Shown piece by piece: positions 47,031 to 58,145 of a stretch of 64,000 nucleotides of DNA. The stretch is taken from the NCBI GenBank assembly GCA_947474065.1, contig CANJHD010000007.1, positions 2,365-66,364 of the forward strand. Reading direction: 5' to 3'. The notes under the pieces are model-generated. The model searched no databases. It saw only the letters and a list, made by a program, of their open reading frames with translations, and was not told the origin of the DNA. Origin of the DNA: Planctomycetaceae bacterium. Its GTDB lineage: Bacteria > Planctomycetota > Phycisphaerae > Phycisphaerales > SM1A02. Position numbers and translations under genes: made by a program. Each line of letters begins with the position of its first letter. Within the stretch, counting starts at the first letter, position 1.

Positions 47031-49406
47031 ATGTCCCTGTTCGCTTCCGGCGACCGTACTGTTTCGCTCCTTGCTCAGGTGGCGGTCGAACGATCGCTCG
47101 AGCGTTATCCCGATGGACTGACGTACGCACTTTCGCCTGAGCTTGCAGATGTGCGTGCTGGTGAGCGAGTCCGTGTTCCGCTTGGGCGCGGCGACTCTGC
47201 GGTCGAGGGAATTGTGGTGCGCATCATGGCCGCCGATGCGATGCCGGGTGTACCACTATCAAAGCTGAAGTTCGTTGAAGCGCGTTCGAGCGCGGCACCG
47301 CCGATGCCCGCACAACTTGTGGAACTGGCGCAATGGATTTCCGCGTACTACGTGTGCCCGATCGGAATGACTTTGGCGTCGATGACGCCCGCCGCTGTGA
47401 AGAAAGGCGTGGGCACTGTCACGCGCACGCTGGTTGATTTGGCGCCAGGATGGGAAGTGGCGATCGCTGCAGCGAAGCGTGTCACTGTGCAACAACGGCG
47501 CGCTGTCGAGGCATTGCGAACCGCGCAAGAAGCCGAACGGCCGATGGACGTTCGTGAACTGTGCGAGCGCGCCGAATTGGGGACGCCGGAGCCGGTAAAG
47601 CGGCTGATTTCCGCTGGAATTCTTGTGGCGCAGCGACGCAGCAAGGTGGAAGCGGAATGGCGCGCCGAGCGTGCTGCATCAGCGGTCGCGCCGCAACTCA
47701 CTGCTGCGCAGCACGGCATAGTGGAATCGATTGGTGCCACGATCGGCGGCGGATTTTCTCAGCACTTGCTCTTTGGTGTCACCGGCGCCGGCAAGACTGA
47801 GGTCTACATGCGGCTCATTGAGCGCACCTTGGCTGCTGGGCGCACGGCTTTGGTCTTAGTTCCAGAAATCGGACTCACTCCGCAGACTGGCGGGCGCTTG
47901 ATGGCTCGCTTCCCGAACGAACGCGTAGCAATCTTGCACAGCGGACTCACCGCGGCGCAGCGCAACCAACATTGGAACCTTGTGTCATCTGGACAAGTGC
48001 GCATAGTGATGGGCGCACGCAGTGCAGTGTTTGCGCCAGTAGCAGATGAGCAGCTCGGATTGATTGTGGTGGATGAAGAACACGACGCGAGCTACAAACA
48101 AGATCAGATGCCGCGCTATCACGGGCGCGATGTTGCTATTCGACGTGCGCAGATGGCGCGGTGCCCGATTGTTCTTGGAAGCGCCACGCCAAGTTTGGAG
48201 AGTTGGTTCAACGCAACGGAGCGAAAGTCGAGCGCGCTGCATGTCTTGCGCGATCGTGCCCCGGGACTGCGGCTGCCGCATGTAGAAGTGGTTGACTTTG
48301 CTGAGGAACGCAAGAAATTTCCTGATCGTCGCGTGCACCTCTTGGGCCCACGGCTTGCTGGCGCGATTCAGGAAACGCTTGATAGCAACGGGCAAGTGCT
48401 CATCCTCTTGAATCGCCGCGGCTATGGAAACTGGATCGCCTGCGCAGACCATCATTGCGGATGGCTGATGCGCTGCGAACGCTGTGATGCTGGCATGATT
48501 TGCCACAAATTGCCCTCTGCGGTGGGCGGAACTGCCACGCAATATGTTCGTTGCCATCACTGCCAAGGTGAGCAGAAATTGCCGCGCACCTGCCCGGTAT
48601 GTGGCAAGCAAGTTTCGGTGTTCGGACTTGGGGTGCAGCGCGTCGAGGAGGAACTTGCACGGCTTCATCCTGCGCTCGTTCCCGGATCAACGATGCTGCG
48701 CATCGATGCGGATTCAATGCAAGATGCGAATGACTTCCATGATGCACTTGGGCGTTTCGGTGCGGGCGAAGTGCGACTCTTGGTGGGCACGCAGATGATT
48801 GCCAAGGGTCTTGATTTCCCGGGTGTGCGTCTTGTTGGCGTGGTGAATGCAGATACCGCACTCAACTTGCCGGACTTCCGCGCCGCCGAACGCACGTTTC
48901 AATTGGTGAGCCAGGTGTCTGGTCGCTGCGGTCGAAGCGCGGAGGCGGGGCGCGCGATCGTGCAGACCTTCCAACCCGAATCTCCAGCAATCCGACTCGC
49001 AGCGGCACACGACTATGAGGCGTTTGCGACAGAAGAGCTTGCGCTCCGCGAGCGATTCGCACTTCCGCCGTGGCGACGTATGGCGCGAGTGGTAATCCGG
49101 GATGCTGACGAGGAGAAGGCGCGTGTGATGGGCGAGGAGCTGGCACGCGCGCTGACGATCGAGGCGGAAGGGATGACCGCGGCAACAGGGGCGCATGGTG
49201 GCAAGGATGCGACCGGCGCCATCGAGGTCGCTGGCCCAATGCCCTGCCCAATTGCACGGATTTCCGACCGCTGGCGCATGCAGGTAGAGATCACCGCGCC
49301 GAATGCTGCCATGCTTGGGCGATTTCTGACCGCGGCCCGAAATGCGAAGATCCTGCGCCCGGGCGAGACCTACGCCGTGGACGTCGATCCTGTGGCGCTC
49401 ATGTGA
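47031..49406 (+). CDS. priA: Primosomal protein N' (replication restart helicase)
   Basis: GVTGAGKTEVY, VPEI.LTPQ, DEEHD, GSATPS, Cys-rich Zn region and GTQMIAKGLDFP. Confidence 0.95.
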   Translation: MSLFASGDRTVSLLAQVAVERSLERYPDGLTYALSPELADVRAGERVRVPLGRGDSAVEGIVVRIMAADAMPGVPLSKLKFVEARSSAAPPMPAQLVELAQWISAYYVCPIGMTLASMTPAAVKKGVGTVTRTLVDLAPGWEVAIAAAKRVTVQQRRAVEALRTAQEAERPMDVRELCERAELGTPEPVKRLISAGILVAQRRSKVEAEWRAERAASAVAPQLTAAQHGIVESIGATIGGGFSQHLLFGVTGAGKTEVYMRLIERTLAAGRTALVLVPEIGLTPQTGGRLMARFPNERVAILHSGLTAAQRNQHWNLVSSGQVRIVMGARSAVFAPVADEQLGLIVVDEEHDASYKQDQMPRYHGRDVAIRRAQMARCPIVLGSATPSLESWFNATERKSSALHVLRDRAPGLRLPHVEVVDFAEERKKFPDRRVHLLGPRLAGAIQETLDSNGQVLILLNRRGYGNWIACADHHCGWLMRCERCDAGMICHKLPSAVGGTATQYVRCHHCQGEQKLPRTCPVCGKQVSVFGLGVQRVEEELARLHPALVPGSTMLRIDADSMQDANDFHDALGRFGAGEVRLLVGTQMIAKGLDFPGVRLVGVVNADTALNLPDFRAAERTFQLVSQVSGRCGRSAEAGRAIVQTFQPESPAIRLAAAHDYEAFATEELALRERFALPPWRRMARVVIRDADEEKARVMGEELARALTIEAEGMTAATGAHGGKDATGAIEVAGPMPCPIARISDRWRMQVEITAPNAAMLGRFLTAARNAKILRPGETYAVDVDPVALM

Positions 49407-49451
49407 ACAGACGCGCGGCGATTTACGTGTCCGTGAAAGCGCTGTTCACTC

Positions 49452-49457
49452 TATAAT
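49452..49457 (+). promoter_or_regulatory. -10 element upstream of sucAB
   Basis: TATAAT about 55 nt before the sucA ATG. Confidence 0.45.
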
Positions 49458-49512
49458 CGTCGGACTTTGCGCATCGCGAGCTGCGATGGCACATTGAGGA
49501 GCGCGCGACACC

Positions 49513-52470
49513 ATGTCAGACAGTTCGGGACACGGCCAACCCCCCCACTCGCCCCTCGCCTCCACTGGTCGCGCGGTGAATGCGTGGTCTCCTGAGTACA
49601 TCGAACAGATGCACGCCGCGTGGCTTCGCGACGCGGGATCAGTTGGCGACTCATGGAACCAATTCTTCTTGGGTTTCGAGCTCGGTCTCGATCGCCCAGC
49701 AAAGTCTGCTGTTGGCACGGGTGACACTGGAAGTTCGGAGGCGGGCGGAACCAGTGATGCGGCGCAGCCCAAGGTGCAGGCGCTCATTGACGCATATCGC
49801 CGCCTTGGTCATCTTGGCGCACAGCTTGATCCGCTTGGCACGGTTCGACCCATGCCACAAGACTTGGCACTCTCTGCATTTGGCCTGACGGGCGGCGATC
49901 TTGCGAAGACATTTGATACTGGCACGCTGCCGATGAGTCCACGCGCAACGCTGTCGGACATCATTGGATTCCTTCAGAGCGCGTACTGCGGCAGCATCGG
50001 TGCGGAATTCGGATTTGTCGCGTGCCCACGCAAGCGCGCGTGGCTTTCTGAGCGCATGGAATCAATGTCGCTGCGTTCCCCAATTGGCGGAACTGCGGCA
50101 CGCATGCGCATTCTGGAAAAACTAGTTGCCGCAGATGGGTTGGAGAATTTCCTAGCGACGCGATTCATCGGGAAGAAGCGCTTTGGACTCGAAGGCGGCG
50201 AATCGCTGCTTGTTGTTCTTGATGGCGTGCTGTCTGGAGCCGCGCGCGCTGGCGCCGAAGAGTGTGTGTTGGGAATGGCACACCGCGGGCGCGTCAATGT
50301 GTTGCACAATGTTGCTGGCAAGCCTGCGGAGATGATCTTTACTGAGTTTGAAGAGGCGTGGAATCCCCACTTCGAGCACGGTGGCGGCGATGTGAAGTAC
50401 CACCAAGGATTTACTGGCACGTACAAGACCGCTGACGGCGCTTCGCTGCGCGTTTCGCTCTGCCCGAATCCGAGTCACTTGGAATTCGTTGGACCTGTTG
50501 CCACTGGACGAACTCGCGCCCGGCAAGAGCGAACTCGATCACTTCCTGATGGCATTGCCAAAGTTCTTCCTGTCCTTCTGCACGGCGATGCTGCGCTGCC
50601 AGGCCAAGGCGTGGTAGCGGAAACGCTCAACATGGCTGGGCTAGTTGGCTACGACGTGGGCGGCACAGTGCACGTGGTCATCAATAATCAAGTTGGATTC
50701 ACCACCAATAGCAGTGATTCATATGTGGGCCCTTACTGCACAAATGTTGCAAAGATGGTGGAAGCGCCCGTGTTCCACGTGAATGGCGGCGATGCCGAAG
50801 CGTGTGAATTTGTGGCGCGCCTGGCATCGGAGTGGCGCACCACATTTGGTGAAGATGTGTTTATCGACATGTGGTGCTGGCGCAAGAATGGGCACAACGA
50901 AACTGACGAGCCGAATTTTACGCAGCCAATCTTGTATCGACGAGTGCGCAGTACTACGCCTGTGGCCGCGCGCTACGCGGAGCGATTGGTGGCCGAGGGA
51001 GTAATCGGCGCTGATGAGTTGGAGAACCAAACCAAGGCGCTCTTTGCGTCGCTTGATGCTGCGCAACAGCGCGCCAAGGTGAAGCCAATGGAGCCGGGGC
51101 ATGCGCCGTTCGAAGGTGCATGGAAAGGCATGACGGGCTCGTGGAATGATGATCCGGTGGAAACCGGGGTCTCGGCCCGCGTACTCAAGTCACTTGCTAC
51201 ACAGCTCGCAGAGATTCCGAAGGGATTCACGGCGCACAAGACCGTTGCGAAGGGCGTGCAGTCGCGCGCAACGATTGAGGAAGGCGGCGTGGAGTGGGCG
51301 CTCGCAGAATTGCTGGCCTATGGCTCACTGGTAGAGGACGGGGAAACCGTTCGCATCACGGGCCAAGATGTAAAGCGTGGCACATTTAGCCATCGACACG
51401 CCGCGATCTTTGACCAAGAGACTGGCGAAGAATGGATGGCGCTCAAGCATCTCAAGGGAGCCAAGGGGCGATTTGAGATGTTCAATTCGCCGCTTACAGA
51501 GTGCGCGTGCGTTGGATTCGAATACGGCTATTCGCTGGTCGATCCGCATGCCTTGGTAATTTGGGAAGCGCAGTTCGGAGACTTTGCAAACGGCGCACAG
51601 GTGATCTTTGATCAATTCGTAGTGGCTGCAGAGTCGAAGTGGTTCCGCTCGTCAGGACTCACGCTGTTCTTGCCGCACGGATATGAGGGACAGGGTCCTG
51701 AACATTCAAGCGGTCGTATGGAGCGATTCCTGCAGCAGTCGACTGATGAGAACATTCAAGTGGTGTATCCATCGACCACTGCGCAGATGTTCCATGTGTT
51801 GCGCCGGCAGATGAAGCGCAGCTTCCGCAAGCCGCTTGTTGTGATGACTCCCAAGAGCATGTTGCGGCTCACTGCTGCACAAAGCCCGATGGCGGAGTTC
51901 ACTCATGGACAGTTCCAGACTGTCATCGGAGACCCAGCCAAACCAGATCCCGCACGCGTCAAGAAATTGGTGTTCTGCACGGGCAAGTTGTTCCATGAAC
52001 TTGATGCGCAGCGTCGCGAGAATGGCAATGACGCGGTGGCACTTGTTCGCATCGAACAGTTGACGCCTTTCCCCGCCGATGAAATTCGTGCGCAAGCGGC
52101 GAAGTACCGTGGCGCAGAGATCGTCTGGGCGCAAGAAGAGCCAGAGAACGTTGGTGCGTGGCAAGCGATGCTCGGGAAATTCTTGACGCACCTCGGAAGT
52201 GCACCGGCATACGTTGGTCGCCCGACACAGGCCAGTTCGGCGGTTGGCAGTACCAAGCGCCACGCCAAGGAACAGGCAAAGATTGTGTCTGCTGCCGTGG
52301 GAGCGCCCGCAGGCAGTGGCGCTGAAACCGACGCGAAGGTGAGTGCAGCGAAGGCTGCCGGCGCAGGCGGTGGAACTTCCCGTGGAACAGTTGGAAACAA
52401 AGACAGCGCGGACAGTAAGTCCGCGACAACGCAAAATCCCTCGTCGGGCAAAGGCCGGAACGCGCACTAA
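49513..52470 (+). CDS. sucA: 2-oxoglutarate dehydrogenase E1
   Basis: KRFGLEGGE, GMAHRGR, HGDAA, GHNETD, RGTFSHRH, WEAQFGDF and GQGPEHSS. Confidence 0.97.
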   Translation: MSDSSGHGQPPHSPLASTGRAVNAWSPEYIEQMHAAWLRDAGSVGDSWNQFFLGFELGLDRPAKSAVGTGDTGSSEAGGTSDAAQPKVQALIDAYRRLGHLGAQLDPLGTVRPMPQDLALSAFGLTGGDLAKTFDTGTLPMSPRATLSDIIGFLQSAYCGSIGAEFGFVACPRKRAWLSERMESMSLRSPIGGTAARMRILEKLVAADGLENFLATRFIGKKRFGLEGGESLLVVLDGVLSGAARAGAEECVLGMAHRGRVNVLHNVAGKPAEMIFTEFEEAWNPHFEHGGGDVKYHQGFTGTYKTADGASLRVSLCPNPSHLEFVGPVATGRTRARQERTRSLPDGIAKVLPVLLHGDAALPGQGVVAETLNMAGLVGYDVGGTVHVVINNQVGFTTNSSDSYVGPYCTNVAKMVEAPVFHVNGGDAEACEFVARLASEWRTTFGEDVFIDMWCWRKNGHNETDEPNFTQPILYRRVRSTTPVAARYAERLVAEGVIGADELENQTKALFASLDAAQQRAKVKPMEPGHAPFEGAWKGMTGSWNDDPVETGVSARVLKSLATQLAEIPKGFTAHKTVAKGVQSRATIEEGGVEWALAELLAYGSLVEDGETVRITGQDVKRGTFSHRHAAIFDQETGEEWMALKHLKGAKGRFEMFNSPLTECACVGFEYGYSLVDPHALVIWEAQFGDFANGAQVIFDQFVVAAESKWFRSSGLTLFLPHGYEGQGPEHSSGRMERFLQQSTDENIQVVYPSTTAQMFHVLRRQMKRSFRKPLVVMTPKSMLRLTAAQSPMAEFTHGQFQTVIGDPAKPDPARVKKLVFCTGKLFHELDAQRRENGNDAVALVRIEQLTPFPADEIRAQAAKYRGAEIVWAQEEPENVGAWQAMLGKFLTHLGSAPAYVGRPTQASSAVGSTKRHAKEQAKIVSAAVGAPAGSGAETDAKVSAAKAAGAGGGTSRGTVGNKDSADSKSATTQNPSSGKGRNAH

Positions 52471-52521
52471 TCAGCGCGTCTCGGGTAGATGACACCGCGC
52501 GCAACGCGCATGGAGAATGAC

Positions 52522-53778
52522 ATGCTGGATATTGTGGTTCCGAGCCCAGGCGAATCGATCACCGAGGTAACGCTCGGTCAATGGCATAAGCATGATGGCG
52601 ACTGGGTGGAGACCGATGAGGTCCTCGTCGATATCGAAAGTGACAAAGCGACGCTTGAAGTGCGTGCGCCAGCGGCTGGCGTGTTGCGCGTGAAGGTGCA
52701 GTCTGGCGCAGATCAGAAGGTGGGCGCGCCGATTGGGTCGATCGACACGGCAGCGGCGAAGCCTGCGGGCGGCGCGGCAACCGTGCCGGCGACGGCGACG
52801 GGCAACGTGGGCGCGAAGGCGCCGGCGGCGGTGGTTGTCGCGACCGCGACCGCCACAGTGATCAGCGATGCCACTGATGGCAAGAAAGCTTCGTCCCTTG
52901 CAAAGAAAGTGGCCGCTGACAAGGGCGTCGACCTCGCGAAGGTGACCGGCAGCGGAACATCCGGGCGGATTGTGATGGCTGACGTTGAACGCGCGGCAAC
53001 CGCGGTGTCGACGATTGCCAATCCGGTGAAGCCAGTGGCACCAGCGGCGATGCCGATGGCAGTCGCGGGCGCACGCGGCATTCGGCGCGAGAAGATGCCA
53101 AAAATCAGGCAGCGAATCGCTGAGCGCTTAGTGCAGGCGCAACACACCGCCGCGATGCTCACAACCTTCAATGAGTGCGACATGACTGAGGTCATGCGCC
53201 TGCGCTCGGAACATAAGGAAAGTTTCGAGAAGCACCACGGTGTGAGCCTTGGCTTCATGAGCTTCTTTGTGAAAGCATGCTGCAGCGCGCTCAAGCGCTT
53301 CCCAAAGGTCAATGCGTACATTTCCGGCGATGAAGTTGAGTATCACGATTATGCCGATGTCTCGATCGCGGTCGGGACTGATCGCGGATTGGTGGTGCCG
53401 GTGCTGCGCAATTCAGAACTGCTGAGTTTCGCAGAGATTGAATTGGCGATCCGTGGCTTTGCCGCGAAAGCGCGCGAGGGCAAGCTCACTGTTGATGAAA
53501 TGACCGGTGGCACATTCACCATCACCAACGGCGGCATTTACGGCAGCCTGATGTCCACGCCGATCCTAAACGCGCCGCAAAGCGCGATTCTCGGGATGCA
53601 CACCATCAAGAAGCGCCCGATCGAAGATCCGCGAAACCCGGGACAGATCGCGCTGCGACCGATGATGTACTTGGCACTCAGTTACGACCACCGCATCATC
53701 GACGGCGCAGATGCCGTGAGTTTCTTAGTCCACATCAAAGACTGCATCGAAAAGCCCGAGCGCCTGTTGCTCGACTGA
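52522..53778 (+). CDS. sucB: 2-oxoglutarate dehydrogenase E2 (dihydrolipoyl succinyltransferase)
   Basis: Lipoyl motif [21 protein letters not shown] and [11 protein letters not shown]-like GGAG before ATG 52522. Confidence 0.96.
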   Translation: MLDIVVPSPGESITEVTLGQWHKHDGDWVETDEVLVDIESDKATLEVRAPAAGVLRVKVQSGADQKVGAPIGSIDTAAAKPAGGAATVPATATGNVGAKAPAAVVVATATATVISDATDGKKASSLAKKVAADKGVDLAKVTGSGTSGRIVMADVERAATAVSTIANPVKPVAPAAMPMAVAGARGIRREKMPKIRQRIAERLVQAQHTAAMLTTFNECDMTEVMRLRSEHKESFEKHHGVSLGFMSFFVKACCSALKRFPKVNAYISGDEVEYHDYADVSIAVGTDRGLVVPVLRNSELLSFAEIELAIRGFAAKAREGKLTVDEMTGGTFTITNGGIYGSLMSTPILNAPQSAILGMHTIKKRPIEDPRNPGQIALRPMMYLALSYDHRIIDGADAVSFLVHIKDCIEKPERLLLD

Positions 53779-53791
53779 AATAGGCACCTAT

Positions 53792-56700
53792 TTAGAGGCG
53801 CTTGAGGAGGTCGGCTACCGCGGCTTCTAGTTGGGCGTCATGGCTCATGCTCTCGTCCTCGGCAGTCTGCGGGACCACGATGTCTGGCATTGCGCCGTGC
53901 AGCTCCATGTCGACTCCGTCGGTCGTGTACCAGCCGCGGAATGGAGTGCGCACCGTGGTGCCGTCAATGAGCGACGTGCTGCCAGTGGAAATGACGCCGC
54001 CGTAGGTCTGCGTGCCCACAAGCGTTCCGCGCTTGAGGGTCTTGAACGCATGCGCGGTGATCTCTGCATTCGAGAAACTCTTCTCGTTACAGAGCATGTC
54101 AATGGGCAACGAGTAACGCTGAATGAACAATCGATCCACGGGGTAGTGACCCTTTTTGGTCGGGTCGGCTCCGCGCGGCACGGTGTAGGCATGCGGCTGC
54201 ACCATGATCGAACTCAGGAGACGATCCGCAGTGGAACCGCCGCCGTTGTTGCGAACATCGATGATCAGACCGTCCTTACCGTCAGCCTGCGCGTACAAGT
54301 CCCGCTCGTAGACATCAAGGGATGCTTGATCCATCGCGGCAATATGGAGATAACCGATGCGTCCGTTTGAGAGTCGCGTGACCGTCTCGCGAGCGCGCCG
54401 CAGCGTGTCTTGATAGGTGAGTTCGCGAATTTCGCCACTTGAGCCAGGCAACAATATGGTGTCAAGTTCCATACGTGGTTGGCCAGGAGCGGGGGCACGC
54501 ATGATGCGAACGACCGTCTCCTTGCCAGCGGTGCCACGGAAGATGTCCTCAATGGGAACCCCAGCCTTCACCGACTCGCCATTGACAGCCACAATCACAT
54601 CCCCAACCGCAAGCGGAGTCTGACCCTTTGTAGCAGGGCCATCGCGCAGAATCTCCTCAATGCGGAACCCGCCGTCGGCAAAGACAGTGCGCGCGCCAAT
54701 GCGACCCACTGGCAATCGACCGGCTCCCTCAGAACCTGGGCTTCGAACGCCAAGATGGCTAGCATTTAGTTCGCCAAGGAACCGATTCGCAACATAATCA
54801 AACTCCTCATCGGTGCGTGCGCTGTTTGCTAACTTCGACCACTTCGCGGTGAGCTTCGGCCAATCACAACCATTCATAGTTGGGCTATAGAAGATGCTGC
54901 CCATGGTGCGAGCCATCTCGAGAAACTTCTGGTTGCTCTGCGCAGCCAAATCCAACTCAACCGTGTCGCTCAGATCGATCGCCTTTGCGTCACCTGCAGG
55001 CAGATTGACGACACTCGCGCCGCCCTTTCCAACCACCACTAACTTGTCGCCTGCCAACGTAATTTGCTGAATACCACCTGAAGCGCCAAGCTTCTTGGTT
55101 TCGCCGCCAGACCACGCAACACTGTTGAGCCCCGCAGTCTCGCCCATGCCACCCATAAAGTAGACACGGTCGCCAGCGGGGGAAATCTCAAGATCCATCT
55201 CATTGCCAGGCATCGTGGTCAAGCGCCGCAGGCGCATATATGCATCATCAAGGTCGAGCGGCTTCGGAGGATCCTTCTTGTCCTTCTTGCCATCTTTATC
55301 TTCGTCCTTCTTCGAGTCGTCCTTCTTGGGCTCCTCTTTCTTAGAGTCGTCCTTCTTGGAGTCGTCTTTCTTAGACTCATCCTTACTAGCGTCGTCCTTC
55401 TTGGTATCCGACTTCTTTGGGCTTCGCTCGGCTGCCTTCTTTTTGGCAGCTTCGGCCGCGTCCTTGAAATACTGATCCTGCTCAAAGCGCTGCATGCCTT
55501 CGAGGTCCTTGTCGAGGAAGACCATGTAAATGTCTCCATCGTTTTCCACGCGACCTGAGGAAAACGCAAGCACCTTCCCGTCTGAACTCCAACGAGGATT
55601 GACATCCATATCCGGATGACGCGAGATATTCACTGCCGCCGCGCTGCCGTCGGCTGGCTGGATCCAAATATCACTATTGAAATTGTCGTCATCTTGGCGA
55701 ATTGCCAACATGCGGCCGTCTGGGCTCCAACGCCAGTCGATGGACTGATCGAACCCCGTGCGCAGGTCCTTCTCTTCGCCAGTGGCGACATCGCGAACAA
55801 CCAGCGTGTTGAGATTGCGTCGGTACGCGACCTTCTTGCCATCTGGTGATGGACTTGGTCCACGCTCACTCACGGCAGGCAGCGCAATGAACGGCTTGAT
55901 TTCAATCTTCACAGCATCTGCCCAACGAGCGCCTTCGTCCTTCTTGTCTTCCTTTTTCTCGTCCTTCTTCTTTGCATCTTTCGGCGCGTCCGTCTTGGCT
56001 GCATCGGCTGCTACTGGTGGAACCGTAGCGGTCGGCACCGCGGCAGCTGCTGCCGGGGGATCTATGACTGCCGTCGTTGATGTTGCTGGAGCATCGGTGG
56101 CCACCGGGGCTGCGGCGACGGCCGGCACCGCGGCCGCTTCTGGCTTCACTTCTTCCTTCTTCGGATTGGTCTTGTCCTTGAACGTACTGCGAATTTCGCC
56201 TCGTGTCTGAACCACGGTTGCCTCGTAGATCGAGTCGTTGCCGTCCGAGTCGCTGGAAAACAGCAACTTGACGCCATCAGGCATCCAAGCGATATCGCGC
56301 TCACGTGCTGGCGTACGGGTGACGCGCACAAACGGAGAACGCTCCTCAACGCCCTTTACATAGACATCGCCATAGGCAACGATGGCAATGGTCTTGCCGT
56401 CCGGAGAGAGTTGCGCTTCCGAAACATCGCGCCCAACACTGCGTGGACGAATCCGGTCAGCCTCATCTTCGGCGGCCTGCATGGTGATCTTGACCGGCTG
56501 CGCGCTCGGCGTTGTTAAATCCAAGCGCCACAGCGAATCCCAGTTCGAAAATATGGCTATGCGACCATCGGTCGATACTGCGAGTTCGCGCACATCGTCA
56601 TCGAATGATGTCAGCTGCGTGCCAGGGTCAGAAGTCGGCGCGGCAAATTTCTTGCGCCAGATATTGATGCTCTTGCCGTTGCCGCGGTCACTCAGATAAA

Positions 56701-57376
56701 TGACGTCATCGCCGCATGGAAACGCCCAACCGTCATTGCCCTTCCAGTCGGTAAGTTGTGCGAATCGGCCTGTGGCGCGATCGAATGTCCATACATCGCG
56801 CTGATCTGGCCCTTGATAACCGCGCCGAAACCATGCGCTGCTGCCGCGCTCAAAGAGCACGGACGCACCGTTGCGCGTTGCGAGTGGATGCGAACCGAAT
56901 GCATCGCAGGCTCGCTGCACCGAGCCACCCGCGAGTGGCACCATGTATGGGCGGGCTGCGCGATAAAGATCACTCTCGCGCATGCTCTCGAAGTACGCCA
57001 CTGGACGACCCGATCCATCGACGCCTGTTCCACTCAGAAGTGCAACCGAATCACCAAAGGTGAGCTGCCGCACATCGCTGCCGTCGCTCTTCATGATGAA
57101 CAGATTCCGACCACCATCGCGGTCGCTATCAAAGATGATGGATGCGCCGTCAGGGCTAAATGCAGAGCGACCTTCATTGGCCGGGTTGCTTGTCAGGCGA
57201 AGCGCGCCGCCACCAGTCGATGGGCACTTCCAGAGATCACCGCGCCAACTGAACAACACGACATTGCCGTCCGGGCTTGTGGATGGGTAACGCGGCAGGT
57301 CCACCGTGTCCGCGCCGGCGTACGGAACGGCAAAGATGGCGAGGATCGAAGCGGCAATGATGGCGGTCGGCTGCAC
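53792..57376 (-). CDS. Tricorn-like S41 peptidase (PD40 propellers + PDZ + protease)
   Basis: Signal peptide, SPDG repeats, GELNASH, DVRNNGGG and FSNAEI. Confidence 0.9.
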   Translation of the reverse strand: MQPTAIIAASILAIFAVPYAGADTVDLPRYPSTSPDGNVVLFSWRGDLWKCPSTGGGALRLTSNPANEGRSAFSPDGASIIFDSDRDGGRNLFIMKSDGSDVRQLTFGDSVALLSGTGVDGSGRPVAYFESMRESDLYRAARPYMVPLAGGSVQRACDAFGSHPLATRNGASVLFERGSSAWFRRGYQGPDQRDVWTFDRATGRFAQLTDWKGNDGWAFPCGDDVIYLSDRGNGKSINIWRKKFAAPTSDPGTQLTSFDDDVRELAVSTDGRIAIFSNWDSLWRLDLTTPSAQPVKITMQAAEDEADRIRPRSVGRDVSEAQLSPDGKTIAIVAYGDVYVKGVEERSPFVRVTRTPARERDIAWMPDGVKLLFSSDSDGNDSIYEATVVQTRGEIRSTFKDKTNPKKEEVKPEAAAVPAVAAAPVATDAPATSTTAVIDPPAAAAAVPTATVPPVAADAAKTDAPKDAKKKDEKKEDKKDEGARWADAVKIEIKPFIALPAVSERGPSPSPDGKKVAYRRNLNTLVVRDVATGEEKDLRTGFDQSIDWRWSPDGRMLAIRQDDDNFNSDIWIQPADGSAAAVNISRHPDMDVNPRWSSDGKVLAFSSGRVENDGDIYMVFLDKDLEGMQRFEQDQYFKDAAEAAKKKAAERSPKKSDTKKDDASKDESKKDDSKKDDSKKEEPKKDDSKKDEDKDGKKDKKDPPKPLDLDDAYMRLRRLTTMPGNEMDLEISPAGDRVYFMGGMGETAGLNSVAWSGGETKKLGASGGIQQITLAGDKLVVVGKGGASVVNLPAGDAKAIDLSDTVELDLAAQSNQKFLEMARTMGSIFYSPTMNGCDWPKLTAKWSKLANSARTDEEFDYVANRFLGELNASHLGVRSPGSEGAGRLPVGRIGARTVFADGGFRIEEILRDGPATKGQTPLAVGDVIVAVNGESVKAGVPIEDIFRGTAGKETVVRIMRAPAPGQPRMELDTILLPGSSGEIRELTYQDTLRRARETVTRLSNGRIGYLHIAAMDQASLDVYERDLYAQADGKDGLIIDVRNNGGGSTADRLLSSIMVQPHAYTVPRGADPTKKGHYPVDRLFIQRYSLPIDMLCNEKSFSNAEITAHAFKTLKRGTLVGTQTYGGVISTGSTSLIDGTTVRTPFRGWYTTDGVDMELHGAMPDIVVPQTAEDESMSHDAQLEAAVADLLKRL

Positions 57377-57770
57377 TGGTATCTCCTTGGGTACCCCTGG
57401 GAGCAGGGGTGAATCGGTAGTTCACGCCGTGCGGGGTAATTACGCAAGTTGGAGCCCCGACAGGGGGACAGGTGATAGGCAGCCCCAACCACTCATTCGG
57501 GTGTCCTAGACCGCCAAAGAAGCCCGACAAACTTGGGAAACAAGGCTATCGAGCCGTCACAGGCGGAATTCTGTGGACGAGAACTTGCTGACGGGGTTCT
57601 TGAATCGGACATTCAAGGCGATGGAGGTTGGCGATCCGATCGAGACGCAGGTGTGTGCGCCCTGGAAAGCCAACAATAGTTGCCGCAAACGCGGCGAACC
57701 AACGATCGAAGTCCGCCGTATAGGTCAGGACGAACGACCGATGGATGACCCCCGAAGGGAAGGAATTCCG

Positions 57771-58088
57771 ATGAGCGACTCTTTACCGAAGCCCCTGAGT
57801 TCAATTAACGCCCTGCGCGCCCACCTGAAAGTTCTTGAGCGTGGCGTGGACAACGCTCGCAACAAGCGCGTGGGTCCCAGTGAGCAGCCCCCGAGCCTTG
57901 CGCCGGTTAGTCGCCCCACTCAGCCTTCCACGCGGACGATGAGCCCCCCGCCAGCCAGTTATCCGATGATCCGACCCACGTCAAACGGTGGTGGTTCCGG
58001 ATCCGATGGCAAGCCGAAGGCAAAGCCGAAGAGTGGTACCGATTTTAGTTCATTCTTCGGCGGTATTGATAAACGCGCCGCAAGTTGA
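57771..58088 (+). CDS. Small, largely disordered hypothetical protein
   Basis: SD-like GGAAGGA before ATG 57771; N-terminal amphipathic helix followed by a P/S-rich tail. Confidence 0.55.
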   Translation: MSDSLPKPLSSINALRAHLKVLERGVDNARNKRVGPSEQPPSLAPVSRPTQPSTRTMSPPPASYPMIRPTSNGGGSGSDGKPKAKPKSGTDFSSFFGGIDKRAAS

Positions 58089-58145
58089 CCGTACAACCTG
58101 AATGCCCGCATCGGCGGAGTGGCGCGATTTCGTACCATTCCGCCG

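Noticed and set aside
50771..50786. parS-like TGTTCCACGTGAATGG
   Set aside because: It matches only 13/16 and encodes the conserved SucA PVFHVNG motif.
45830..53778. carA without carB, and sucAB without lpdA
   Set aside because: Dispersed operons are common in Planctomycetota, so this says little from one window.
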